Assembly: GCA_050575255.1 (NCBI GenBank)
Contig: JBNZDD010013714.1
Span: 6,674,959 to 6,738,958 of the forward strand
From: Harriotta raleighana
Lineage: Eukaryota
Direction of reading: 5' to 3'
Length of the DNA: 64,000 bases
This document shows, piece by piece, positions 1 through 11,436 of the stretch. The stretch's first letter is position 1, and each line of letters opens with the position of its first letter. The notes under the pieces are model-generated. The model ran no database searches, was not told the DNA's origin, and saw nothing but the letters and a program-made list of their open reading frames with translations. Position numbers and translations under genes: made by a program.

Positions 1-879
1 CTGGGAGGCCTCATGACTAAATGGAGGGAATCAACACATTGAAGGATTTAACAGCAATCAGTGTGGCATTTGGCACAAATTCACCAGATTTTTGTCTGAA
101 TCAACCAGGATATTTAATACTGGTAAGAATACAAATGTAATGGGGGCGGGCATTTTGTTCGATTAACCTGGTGTCTGGAATTAATTGGCGTCCGCCTAAA
201 GCAGATTCCACTGTGTTGCACAGATAAAGATTGATGCACTTCCATCTATCCCATGCTTTGTTTAACTCAGATGTGTTGGTTGGTGCTTTATAAGAGTAGG
301 AGAAATTCTCCACTTCCGTGCGCTCTTCAATTTATCGTTCTCACAGATTTTTTTGAAGTCAAATTCAGTCATGTTTTCTACATGGAAGATTTTGATGTGA
401 CTTTCTACAACTTATTTATTTTTGTGACCAACAGATGGGAGTTGAAGGCTATATATGTAGCTGCTAAGCTTCACTTATTTTGAGAATACTTTGATGTTTG
501 CAACAAATCTTTTGTTTCAGAAGATGTGGTTTAAATAACTGTGTTGCTGACCATGGGCTGTTTCCTTTAACATTCATGATTGCTGTTAGATTTCTAGGTG
601 AAGAAGAGTGGTGAGTTGTTTCGGTGAATTGTTTGAATTAACTAATTTGTTTGTTCTCGTTATTTTAGGACTAATGAAGTAATGGAATACTACAGTGGAT
701 ATCCTGAAGGTTATAATGCAGAAGAATACAACTATACTTGGCCCGGTATGACTAACCATTAACCCGTCCAATTTGCTTGAATTTTTCAAAGAATAATTGT
801 ATAGAAAGTGCAAATAAAAGTACTAGGGAGTGGGAGGAGAGAAATCCCTACATTTGGTATCGCACTTTTCATGTTGGGG

Positions 880-1205
880 GAAGTTTCAAAGCACTTCAGG
901 GACAAACTGTAAAGTGTAGTTATTGTGGTATTTTGGGGTAAAATGTCCCAGTTAATTTGCACACAAATAGTCATGTGCCACAAATGACAGGGGAAACATG
1001 TTGACCCATCTCTACAAATCGTGCTGAGGGAACTTTTAATGTCCACCTCAACAGGCAAACTGGACATTGATTTCATCTCATCAGGGAATGGCACCTTCAA
1101 CAATGGAGTGTCAGTCTAAACTATATTAGAGTTCACCTGATGCCTGAAATCACGTCTTTATGGTTCATGCGGAAGAATGCTACCAACTAAGTTGGACTGA
1201 CAACA
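880..1205 (-). mobile_element. Ancient Deu-domain SINE remnant (SacSINE1/AmnSINE-like)
   Basis: CTTTTAATGTCCACCTCAACAGGC...GGCACCTTCAACAAT...GTGTCAG is the reverse complement of the Deu core (CAGGTGGACGTAAAAGATCCC). Boundaries approximate. Confidence 0.55.
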
Positions 1206-1381
1206 TTTCCACTAAAATGTTAGAAATAGGTTCTTTTTATGTTTGTGGCAAGCAATACTGATGGAGTCATGAGTATGGATATTATCTTTGGCATCTTTGT
1301 TGATAGCAGGAGTTTATTGTAACATATTAAATTGTAGGTGTGGATTAAGCTGTGTAAAATGACCTATCTTGTGTATGACAG

Positions 1382-1508
1382 AGAGCTACAGACCAGATGA
1401 TGGCCGTCGAGATGAGCTTTATCAGCAGTTCTATAAGGAGATAGAGGATGACTACAGTAAAGAAAAGTACGCAGATTGTGTGGTTATAGCTTTAAGCAAG
1501 CAACAAGG
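1382..1508 (+). CDS. NCOA5-like gene, internal coding exon (127 nt; earlier exons not identified, probably upstream of the window)
   Basis: Acceptor GACAG at 1377-1381, donor GTAAGT at 1509. Translates SYRPDDGRRDELYQQFYKEIEDDYSKEKYADCVVIALSKQQG, matching NCOA5 RREELYRQYFEEIQRRFDAERPVDCSVIVVNKQTK as recalled. Confidence 0.88.
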
Positions 1509-1662
1509 GTAAGTATTTCCAAGGGTATTTCTTTTAATTTATTTCATACGTATATGGTCATAGTTTGATACATGCAGCTTCCTATCATGCAGAGGATGGT
1601 TGCAGCAATTTGTATGACTATAGTTCTGAAATTTAGTTTTGATGTAAAAACAATTCTTTATA

Positions 1663-2469
1663 CAGTAAATGCCCATTTATCCGGCACCCGCGGGACCTGG
1701 CCAATGCCGGTTAAACAGTTTACCGTACCATGTAAATAATAGACTAAATACACTACAACACAACAAAATTGCATTTATAAAGCATCTTTCACATCGGGAG
1801 GACGTCCCAAAGCACTGAACAATCAGGTCGGGACCCGAGCGGTGGGGGGGGGGCGTTGGGGTTGGGGGAAGGAGAGAGGGAAGAGTTAATGGTCGAAGAG
1901 GAAGGTCTTGAGACCGGCCTTGAAGGAGGAAAGGAAGGAAGCAAGATGGGAGGGGCTGCGGGATGGAGTTCCACAGTGTGGGAGCAGAGAGACTGAAAGC
2001 CTGGCCGCCGATGGTTGGGCGGTTAGGGCGGTGGACACGGAGCAGGCCTGAGTCTGCTGAACAGAGGGGGCGGGCAGACTGATAGACAGCAGGTTAGAGA
2101 GATAGGTGGGGGCAAGGCCGTGAATGGCCTTGAAGTTGAAGACGAGGAATAATAACACTAATAACAGGTACTGTAATAACAGAATATTGTATTGGTACTT
2201 TATTATTTATACTTCTGCAATGGAGGGGAAAAAAAAGGCAGCGCGACTTTTAAAAAAAAACAGCAGGCTTTACTAGACGAATTAACTGTACATTCGGCTT
2301 GCCATTAATAGAGTCTACCGTTTTTTTAATGCGCCACCGCATTCATTGAATGCGCCACCGCTATTGTGCCGGATAACTTCTGGTTAATTGGGTGGGGACT
2401 TTTTTTTTTGACGTGCCGGTTATACGGAAGTTCCAGTTAATCGAGTTACCGATACACAGGCTTTTACTG
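1663..2469. mobile_element. Tc1/mariner (pogo/Tigger-type) MITE carrying a nested L2 fragment
   Basis: TIRs CAGTAAATGCCCATTTATCCGG / CCGATACACAGGCTTTTACTG with TA on both sides. Same family as 61365-62252, in the opposite orientation. Confidence 0.8.
1756..2150 (-). mobile_element. L2 LINE 3' fragment inserted in the MITE
   Basis: Minus ORF FKAIHGLAPTYLSNLL...SFKAGLKTFLF is typical of the L2 ORF2 C-terminus. (TTG)n-type tail; approximate TSD AATA(A)CACTA. Confidence 0.85.
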
Positions 2470-2581
2470 TACATAACTGTTTGTGTTGTCATTGAAACAT
2501 CTGTGAGATATTAATATTGATTAGATTTATATTTGTTGCTGATCTAAATAACCATATGTATCCTATGTTTTGTATTTTAAG

Positions 2582-2781
2582 GGATTATGCCAAACTAGTA
2601 GGACGACGAGTGCAAGAACTGGGGCTTCTTGTTGACCTTATGTATCTTAAATTGGAGTTAGCACTTGAAGCTGCTTTGAAAGATGTTAAAGAAGAAGGTT
2701 CGCCATTTTGTGTTGTTATTAGTGCAGAACATCAGACTCTATCATCGTGCACAGTGATCATCCTGTGTGGTGGCCACAAAG
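2582..2781 (+). CDS. NCOA5-like gene, coding exon (200 nt), anticodon-binding-like domain
   Basis: Acceptor TTTTAAG, donor GTATGT, phase compatible with the previous exon. DYAKLVGRRVQELGLLVDLMYL...GSPFCVVISAEHQTLSSCTVIILCG aligns to NCOA5 DYAESVGRKVRDLGMVVDLIFL...GSPFAIVITQQHQIHRSCTVNIMFG. Confidence 0.92.
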
Positions 2782-2932
2782 GTATGTTTGTTTCCGTATA
2801 GAAAACATAGAGCATTTCATAAACATATACTGCCAGTAATTCATTTTGTTCAATTTATATTTTCCTTGAAAGTTTATATAAAATAAATAAATTTGCCACT
2901 TAGAGATTTGCAAGGCAGTTGGTCCTATTTCG

Positions 2933-3228
2933 GGAGTCCTGTAGCTCTGTAGTTAGAGCACTCACCTTACAAGTGATAGACCTGGGTTCAATTCCAGGCA
3001 GAGTGAAACCTCAGTCTAGTTTCCATACTCCACATACTTAATAATAATCCCTCAAAATTGGTCATTTCAATCCACGACTGTTTGTGGGACACTGCAGTGC
3101 GCAATTTGCTGCCGCGTTTCGCCCATGTATATACAGTCAATTCACTTTACAGTATATTCTGTGAAGTGCTTTGAGATGTCTAGAACACGTGAAAAGTGCT
3201 ATATCAAATGTGAGGATTATTATTATTA
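2933..3228 (+). mobile_element. tRNA-derived SINE, full length
   Basis: Box A TAGCTCTGTAG and box B GGTTCAATTCC, body GGTCATTTCAATCCACGACTGTTTGTGGGACAC, L2-like tail and (ATT)n. Near-identical to 52063-52355. Confidence 0.88.
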
Positions 3229-3463
3229 CTTGTTCTGGTGTCTGGCTGTAGGAAAACAGATTTTATAGATAGACTTCTATTTCTGCTTTGCTTTACATTG
3301 ATGGTGACATCCTGGCCAAACTAATTAAAAATAAGAAATTTAAGGAATACATCTCCTTCCTACCACTTTAATGAAATGAGTCAGCACATATGATTCCATA
3401 TGTTACCCAACCTAGAAAATGGACTTCAAAGCTAGTTCTCTTTTAAGTTACTGTATCTAATAA

Positions 3464-5641
3464 TGGAGGGAACCAGTAGATGTATATTTAGATTTTAAGA
3501 AGGCATTTGATAAAGTGCCACACAAAAGGCTGTTACTCAAGATTAAGGCCCAGGGGATTAATGGGAACATATTAACATGGATAGAAGAGTGGCTACTGGA
3601 TAGAAAACAGAGAGTAGGGATAAATGGGTCATTCTCAAATTGTCACAAGGGTCAGTGCTTGGGCCTCAGCTATTTACTATTTACATCAATGATCTAGACG
3701 AGGACATTGAATGTAATGTGTCTAAATTCGCAGATGACTCTAAACTAGGTAGGAGTGAACTCTGAGGATGGTGCAAAAAGATTGCAACAAGATATAGATC
3801 AATCAATCAATCAAAATTTTATTTATAAAGCGCCTTTCACGTCGGGAGGACGTCCCAAAGCGCTGTACAGCCAAATAGGGGGGGAGGGTTCAGGGAAAGG
3901 AGTAGGAAAAATTGACTGTATATTTGTGGGCGAAACGCGGCAGCAAATTGCGCACAGCAGTGTCCCACAAACACACACAGAAATGGGGGGAAAAAATGGC
4001 AAGGGGGAGAAATGGAGGGAAAAGCGGGGTGGGGTAAAATCAGGGAAGAAAAGGGGGGGGAGAAAGGGGGACAAGGGGGAAATCAGGGAGGGCAAAGAGG
4101 GAGAAATGTTGGCAAGTGGGAAGAGGGAGGGAAGGATGGGTAGGAGGCAAAACCAGGGAGAAAGGGGGGTAAGGGGGAAGAGGGAGGAAAGGGAGAGAGG
4201 GAAGGAGAAGAACAAAAAGGGGGAAAATCAGGGGGCAGGGGGAGTTTAAACAACAACAAACAACATCAACAATAATAAACAAAAAAGTAAACAACAATCA
4301 ACAACAATAAACAAACACAACAACAACACCCAACGACTGTCCAGCCACCGCTCCCTGTCCTCGCCGCCCGCCTGGACCATCTCAAAAAAGGCGGGAACCA
4401 GGCCATCGATGGCACCGGCCGATCCCCCTCTTCCCCACTGGGACGCCGGGTGCTCCCGGCCCTCCTCCTCCCGCTCCACCGCACACATCAGTCATCCGCC
4501 CAGGCCCGTGTCCTCGATTCTCAGGCCAATGACCTCGCCACTCAGGCCTGTGTCCCCGCTGCTCCAGCTCCACGGCCGCCGGTCCCTGGGTCGAGTCACC
4601 GGGCCTGTGCGGCTCCGGCTCAGCCACAGTCCGACTCCATACTCGACTCCCATCTCTAGCTCCAGCCGCAGCCCAGGCCAGGCCGAGCCGGCCCCCTGCT
4701 CCCAGCCGGGGATGGCAACTCCCGTGGTGTGCGACCGACCGACCCCCGAGCCCCCCGCAGACACACGGGGCGCAGCCCAGCTTCCCGCGCTCGCGACTGG
4801 GACCCCCTCTGGGGGAGTGGGAAAGTAGGTGGCAGATGGAATTTAATGTGGGGAAGTGTGAAATTATTCACCTAGGCAGCAAAAATAAAATAATAGATTA
4901 TTTTCTGGAGGGGGGAGAGATTAGATAGTGTTAGTATTCAAAGGGATTTGGGTGTTCTTGTGCACCAGTCTCAAAAAGTTAGTTTTCAGGTGCAGCAAAC
5001 AACTAAGAAGGCTAGCATTTGTTTCAAAATGTTTATAGAGTACAAGAGTAGGGAAGTCTAGCTGCAACTGTATAGGGCTTTGGTGAGATCCCACCTAGAG
5101 TATTGTGTGCAGTTTTGGTCTCCTTATTTAAAAAAGGACATACTTGCCTTAGAGGGGTGCAGCGTAGATTCACTAGATTAGTTCCTGGGATGAGGGGACT
5201 GACCTATGACGATAGGTTGAATAAACTAGGGCTGTATTCTCTAGAGTACAGAAGAATTAGGGGGGTTCTTATTGAAACATATAAGATTATTAAAGGGCTG
5301 GATAAAGTAGACACTGAGGGACTGTTTCCCCTGGTAGGAGAATCTATAACCAGGGGTCACAGTCTTAAAATTAAGGGTCAGCCTTTTAGAACAAAGTTGA
5401 GGAAACATTTCTTCACTCAGAGGGTAGAATTCACTACCAAGAAAGCTGTAGATGCTCAGTCCTTGAACATTTTCAAGGCTGAGACTGATAGATTTTTTTT
5501 AAAATAGAGGGGTTAGGGGATATGGGGATAGGACAAGTAACTATAGTTAGGTCAGAAGATCAGCCATGATCTTATTGAATGGCGGGGCAGGTTCGAAAGG
5601 CCGAATGGCCTACTCCTGCTCCTAATTCTTATGTTCTTATG
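3464..5641 (+). mobile_element. 5'-truncated CR1 LINE (RT C-terminal half plus 3'UTR), interrupted at 3798-4808
   Basis: Decayed RT motifs [54 protein letters not shown]; 3' (TTCTTATG)n tail; frameshifts. Confidence 0.93.
3798..4800 (-). mobile_element. Chimeric non-autonomous retroposon, copy 1 (5'-truncated), nested in CR1
   Basis: Highly similar to 40956-42090. (ATTG)n tail, L2-type 3' end, SINE-derived 60-bp segment and GC-rich 5' part. It splits the CR1 reading DID|LGEW. Confidence 0.85.
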
Positions 5642-5835
5642 ATAATACCACACGCCTAATAATAATCCGTCCAAAAAAAACCACAATAATAAAATTGGTC
5701 ATTTCAATCCACGACTGTTTGTGGGACACTGCCGCGTCTTGCCCACAAATATACTTTTGTGGTATATTCTGTGAAGTGCTTTGAGACGTTGATAAGATGT
5801 GAAAAGCGCTATATCAAATGCAAGAATTATTATTA
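5642..5835 (+). mobile_element. 3' half of the tRNA-SINE family
   Basis: Body and tail match 2933-3228. Confidence 0.8.
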
Positions 5836-6069
5836 CCGCCATCACACGTATAGCATTTGTGTCCTATTGCAATGTGCTAATTTGAAGACAGAATGCTGAT
5901 AGGCGACCTTGTTTTTGGACTGCGCACAAACTTTCCTCATGGAGTGATGGGCAAATTATATCTCCCAACTATACACAGGATGTTTGTTACATTTACTGCC
6001 AAACTGTTCTCTGGGAAGCCACAATTTGAGTTGGGTCAGTTCTGAATTAGAGAATGCATTTCCTATACT

Positions 6070-6100
6070 GTGCCATCTAGTGGTCTGACAAGGAGCTGCT
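6070..6100 (-). promoter_or_regulatory. CTCF motif (reverse orientation) with upstream module
   Basis: Minus strand reads AGCAGCTCC-TTGTC-AGACCACTAGATGGCAC: the core fits CCASYAGRKGGCRS, with a U-motif-like element at 5-bp spacing. Confidence 0.55.
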
Positions 6101-6608
6101 CCATCACCAAAGTTGGATCAAAACATTATGCATGTACATCATGTTAATTCTGAATTATCATCACTCAGTTGTGAGTGGAACAATTTAGTCAATTACTTTT
6201 TGACCTGGGTCAAAGTTCAAATAATTATTTAATTTTTACGCATCACGTTCTGTATGCTGTATATATTGTTAAAATCCCTTTCAAATAATTTCATATGAAC
6301 ATAGTTTTTCTGTATTGTGCTCCTGATCAATTATGTTCAGAGATTGTACATATTTTAAAACTCTCACTCACATTCTCGGAGCTATATCAGCAACCGTTTC
6401 TGCTGCACAAATTTCAGTGTAAGTTATAGCTATGACAAAGAGACCATGCCTTTGATTTGCCTCCTTCTGCCCTGCATCCTCCCCAGTCCCAACCCCCCAT
6501 CTCAAATCTGAAACAATGACTGTCCAGCACCTAAGGTCAATCTCCTGACGTGAAAAGAGCTCTTTTTACAAGAGTAATTTTGTTCTTAATGTTGCCCTTT
6601 TTCTATAG

Positions 6609-6890
6609 AGCATCGTAATATGCCTTTGGATGATGCTTTGGACCTGATTTCTCGTGAGCACAAACGTGTTTATGGTGAACAACAAGAAAAAGAACGACTT
6701 GAGATTGCATACAAAGCAGCTAGCTTGGCTGATGATTACCTACACCGTGAATATTATGAGGAAACCCACATTGTGCCAAGCCACATTCGCCATCTTCTGT
6801 TTCTGCTGGGTGATGGAAAACATCTTTATCCTGAAGAGATGCAGAAATTAGCTGAGTACTTGGGCCAGAGAAAGGAGCAGTATGAAGCGG
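6609..6890 (+). CDS. NCOA5-like gene, coding exon (282 nt) containing the LxxLL nuclear-receptor box
   Basis: Polypyrimidine tract plus TAG at 6606-6608, donor GTTTGT at 6891. EHRNMPLDDALDLISR...EKERLEIAYKAASLADD...IRHLLFLLGDGKHLYPEE matches NCOA5 EHRNMPQADAMVLVAR...EKEREEIARQAAKMADE...IQSLINLLADNRYLTAEE. Confidence 0.92.
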
Positions 6891-8422
6891 GTTTGTGATG
6901 AAATATAATAATTATATCCACTAAATAAAAAACACTTAACTGCATTTGTAGTTGTTATCTTTAGATTAATTAATTTCAATGGGAGTGAACAGACTTGGGT
7001 CCAATTGCAAATGCACCTGTTTTTAAATGTGCCTGAGATAAAAGTTAACACATTTGCAGTTGCATCTAAATGTTTTAAGTGAACTATTTGAATTCAACCA
7101 AATGCAATTTAAAAATTTGTTTTCAATGAAGCAATGAAAACCTGATGCTTCAGGTGACATGTGATATTTAATTACAACCCAGATACACTCGCATAGAGTC
7201 TGATGTGACTGCAAGCTGGTTCCTTCTATGCAAAACTGGGTTATGGAAATCATTAAACCGGCATTCTACATATGTTTGTAAATATTGTATTTGCATTTGG
7301 TGACAAAACGTTTATATTTAAATGAGGCGAAAGGGTGAAGTTTTTGAGTTTGCATTTGTAATATTACAGAACATTGAAATGACCTAATCTAGATTTGAAT
7401 CTAAGCTAATTTTTTCAGTCAAGTACAAGGTGACTCTATTCTAACAAGCTTCAATACTGCATGCCTTGTTTATAAAATGGATTTGTTATGAGCCCTTGCA
7501 TTTATTATTGTGTAGTACTTCCACAAGAGCAGTTGGCCAGCTTTCTATGAAAGTCATGAACCTGGATGCTCTGACTGCCAAAGTCTGTTTTGAATGCTCC
7601 TACATTGTGGTGTGTTAATGTTTTGTGGATCTTGACCAGTCACAGAATGTCGGCAAGGGTGCTGCCTTACCTGGCGAGCATTACGAGATCAATAGTTAAA
7701 ACGATTAATCTACTCATATCCCACACTGGTCTCACAATGCTCGCAGGAAGATCCATAGTGGCCTATTGAGAGTGGAAAAGTTGGGTAAGCCCCCTGTAAA
7801 TCTGTAAAGTGAGCGGGGTTGAGTGAAAGTGGGAAAGTGACTTGACATAGTACATATGTGATGGTCCATTTCCATGGTAACTGGCTAGTTGTTAGACAAA
7901 CACTGATTGAAGTTTATCAAAAAGATGACAAGCCAATGATCTCGATAATTGCATTATAACAGTTTTCCCTATACTGTATTAAATACCCTTAATGAACTAA
8001 GAACGGTTTTTGAATTAAAGTGTACATGTAACATTTTCAATGGTTTTTAACTACAATTTACTCTTGTACGGTGCCTTTTATAAATGATTTACAAAATAAA
8101 ATGATTAACAATGAATGTTTTGGAGGCAAACACTGCAGCTATTGGGCACAAGTAACATGTGAGAACGATAAAATAAGTTGGCGCAGAGCAGAATTGCCAC
8201 AACAGTTTTCAGTTATTTCCATTTTGGTTTCAGGATGGAATAGCTGAAACGGAAAATGATATTGATAATGATTTCCCATTCATTGGTATGCAATTCGCTG
8301 CAAATGTTTCCTTCATACAGTTTTGATAATTACACTATACTGATCTTACTGCTCTTAATGTTATTTTATGTTGGTATAATGTGTGTATTTTATAAATATA
8401 TATGTTTTTCCGCCATTGGTAG

Positions 8423-8620
8423 GTGTTGCTGCTGCTGCTCAAGCAACTGTTGCGACTGAGAATTACTATGATCAAGGCACAGTTTCACAATGCTCAAGCA
8501 AGCCTAAACCCCTTCTCCCAACACCAAGCAGGCCACCACTTTTGGGTCAAGCACCACTTACTCAGAAAAAAGCTTCACTCTTGGGTGATCGCCCAATAAG
8601 AGCTCTTCTGCCTGTTCCAA
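8423..8620 (+). CDS. NCOA5-like gene, penultimate coding exon (198 nt), Pro/Leu-rich tail
   Basis: Acceptor TAG at 8420-8422, donor GTTAGT at 8621, phase 1/1 consistent with neighbours. Encodes VAAAAQATVATENYYDQG...KPLLPTPSRPPLLGQAPLTQKKASLLGDRPIRALLPVP. Confidence 0.75.
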
Positions 8621-9741
8621 GTTAGTATACAATTGAAGTTTTATATTAAACCAAACTTTTTAGGTAAAGGTTAATGCATTGTCAACATTTCTGAACATTA
8701 TTCAGTGTATTCAAACTTGCATGACGGTGATATTTGTGATTCCTAAGTAATGTTATTAAATCACAATTAAAGTTATTGTTTCTGTCTTTAGCATAATTAA
8801 ACAAATAAAACTGGGAATACTTATTTTCATAATTTGAGGGGAAATATAGTTCATTCTAATAAATCCTCTTTCTAATAAGTTTGAGGACTGCTGTTCTGAA
8901 TTCTGAAATTAGATTTGCAAACCGCTGGTGTGTCACATTTGTGCATTTTGTATAGCAGTTGAGAAATTATAATAAAAATCCTGTGCTTTGAGATACAAGT
9001 TTCCATTCAATAGAAAAGCATCCCAATCCTTCACTGGTGTAGAACGAAACCATTGCAGATTGACAGGTTGAATTCCCATCTTTTCTGAGTAACTGATTTT
9101 AGCGAGGCAGTAGTTAGAAAATCTAGAATTGACCTTCACATCCCTGGAGTAAAAAGCACCTATGTGCACATTGGATGTAAAAACTACCACATGTTTATCT
9201 AGCCTGGAACATTCTTTCCTCATATTTGAGCTCAACTACTGTTGAGCGCTCTGAGATGCTATCCACATATATAAATGCAGATTATTTTAAGTCAATTTAG
9301 TGTTACTGTATTATTTTCTATTTAATCATGGACTAATTAACCAAAATGGGTTGCGCTATGTGGGAAAACCATCTGCTCATTGCTAACACATGAACAAATT
9401 TGACATCACCATAATAACCCAAGAACTAAATTGCCTCTTGGTTTTCTCCATTTCCGTATGTGATTTGTGGAGATTTAAAACTATCTCTCTAATTATAATG
9501 TAATGATAATAATAATTATTTTAGCAGAACATGGGAGGAGCTTGAATGTAGGATCCTTTTGAGTGCCCGTAATTTATTTAAAAAGTTACAGGCCTGTTTT
9601 AATTTTTCTTTCTGAACTTGAGTTTTATCCTATTTTGCTTGTTGTTCACTAAGCTCTCACCTGTTGCAAAGTATAGTTGTGAACTTTATATTGGATCTCG
9701 GTGTCCTGCATAGCAAATAATTTGTATTTGTTCCAACACAG

Positions 9742-9779
9742 CTCATTTAAAGTTAGGTACTAGGCCCCAGCCACAGTAA
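9742..9779 (+). CDS. NCOA5-like gene, probable terminal coding exon (THLKLGTRPQPQ*)
   Basis: Acceptor TTTGTATTTGTTCCAACACAG ends at 9741, in phase with the previous exon. TAA at 9777-9779, followed by an AT-rich UTR-like stretch. Confidence 0.6.
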
Positions 9780-10422
9780 GCAACAGCCACATGAAATATC
9801 CGAATGCACGCTGCTTTGGAGCGGAATTTGTATGTCCAACACAACAATGTTTGAAGAGCACCACAAGTATGATGCCAAGCCAATACCACAGGACTCCTTG
9901 GTGAATTGTCACAGACTGATTTGTAGTATTTTAGTATTTAAAATAAATCCCATTGTAAAGTTCAACAATTTCTTTTTGAAGATGTATGCCCACAATTGTG
10001 TAAGGACCATTTTTGTAATTTTTAAATGCCACCGTGAATGGTTTTAAAAAGTTAGGAAAAATTCTCGTCTTGCTCTATATCTTTAGAGTTGGTTGTTTAT
10101 TATTTGATTTGTTAGATGCTCATTGATATTCCCTCCATTCTGTTTCTGAGATCCTTTTTTTTAGTAAGATTTTATTGTACGGTGATATTTTTTACAGAGT
10201 CAAGAAAAATAAGATTGCCCTCAATTGGTGTGTAAACCATGTATAATTGAAAGTTCAACAAATATCATCTTACAGTATTATCTTATCCAGATTTGTAAAA
10301 CTGTTGTTCACTTGACTGCTTTTTTGTACTGAGCATTGTAAAAGTGCTGCATTGATTTGATAAAAGCAATGTTTAGTAAATCTCAATTAAAGTAATACAA
10401 TTTATTTACTGTATTTGAAACC

Positions 10423-10428
10423 AATAAA
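10423..10428 (+). terminator. Likely polyadenylation signal of the NCOA5-like gene
   Basis: AATAAA about 640 nt after the stop, preceded by TGTA/AT-rich UTR-type sequence. Confidence 0.5.
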
Positions 10429-10861
10429 ATTTCCAGTTATTTGGAGAGGAACTCACAATGATCATTTCAGAAACCTCAGTTCTCAATATTTTGCAATGTA
10501 TTGGGGTGTTTGAAGGAAAAGGGGATGTATTCTGTATCTACTTTGCGTAATAGGTAGGTGTTTGAGCTAAATAAAAAATCCTGTGTTACTTTGCAATGGT
10601 GCTTTTATTTAAACATTGAATTCAGTTGGTGTAATCTCACACTGCAGTTGAATGAAAAGCAGTATGCTGAAGTGTTCTACCAAGTACCATTGGCATGTGC
10701 TTTTTTGGATATTAGAATTCTCCATTCTTTTCTTTTCCAAACTTGGTAGAATTGAGAGATGAGTAAAATTATTACGCTTTATAAACAATTATATTGTCTT
10801 CTAGAATTGTGACTGTATCCAAATGTATATTAGGAAACAAAATTGCATTTTTCTAGGCATT

Positions 10862-11257
10862 CAACAACAACAAAATTACATTATACAGCGACTTTCACGT
10901 CAGAAGGATGTCCCAAGGTGCTGAACAGGCAGGTCAGGAATTGAACAAGGGAGAGGAGCAGGTTAGGGGAAAGGGGCCGGAGAGTCAGGAGAAGAGAGAG
11001 AGAGAGTTGGGAGGGCAGCAGAAGGCACGATTAAAGAGGAGGCCTTGAAGGAGACAAGGGAGAAAGTGAGGAAAAGGGAGTGTGGGGTGGAGAGGCTGAA
11101 AGCCCATCCGCCGATGGTAAGGCGAGTCGGGCGGATGACATGATGCAAACCGGAGCCCACTGAGGGAGCAGGTTCATGGGCGACAGCAAGTCGGACAGAG
11201 GAGGGGTCAAGGCCTTGAAAATGGCTTTGAAAGTGAGGACGAGGATCTTGAATTTGA
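10862..11257 (-). mobile_element. L2 LINE 3' fragment
   Basis: VKFKILVLTFKAI motif and the shared tail TGGGACATCCTTCTGACGTGAAAG...(TTG)n. Confidence 0.82.
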
Positions 11258-11436
11258 CACTTCCTCTCATGTTCTCAATTCTCCCTGTCATGCATCAGAT
11301 TTAACTTCTGATGGATAAGGAAAATCTGTTGGAGGGCATCTCTTGATGTTTAATCAAGAATGGAGCCTGGAAAACGTGTTTTGACACATCACTGAAATCT
11401 TATCACTGCCCTCTATAAACACGTTTGCTTGAAAGT

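Noticed and set aside
3755-4871. Many overlapping 70-170 aa ORFs here and at 40879-42060
   Set aside because: They arise from GC-rich or low-complexity sequence of the composite retroposon. Frames are not preserved between the two copies.
5103-5507. 134-aa ORF
   Set aside because: Frameshifted CR1 ORF2 remnant, not a host gene.
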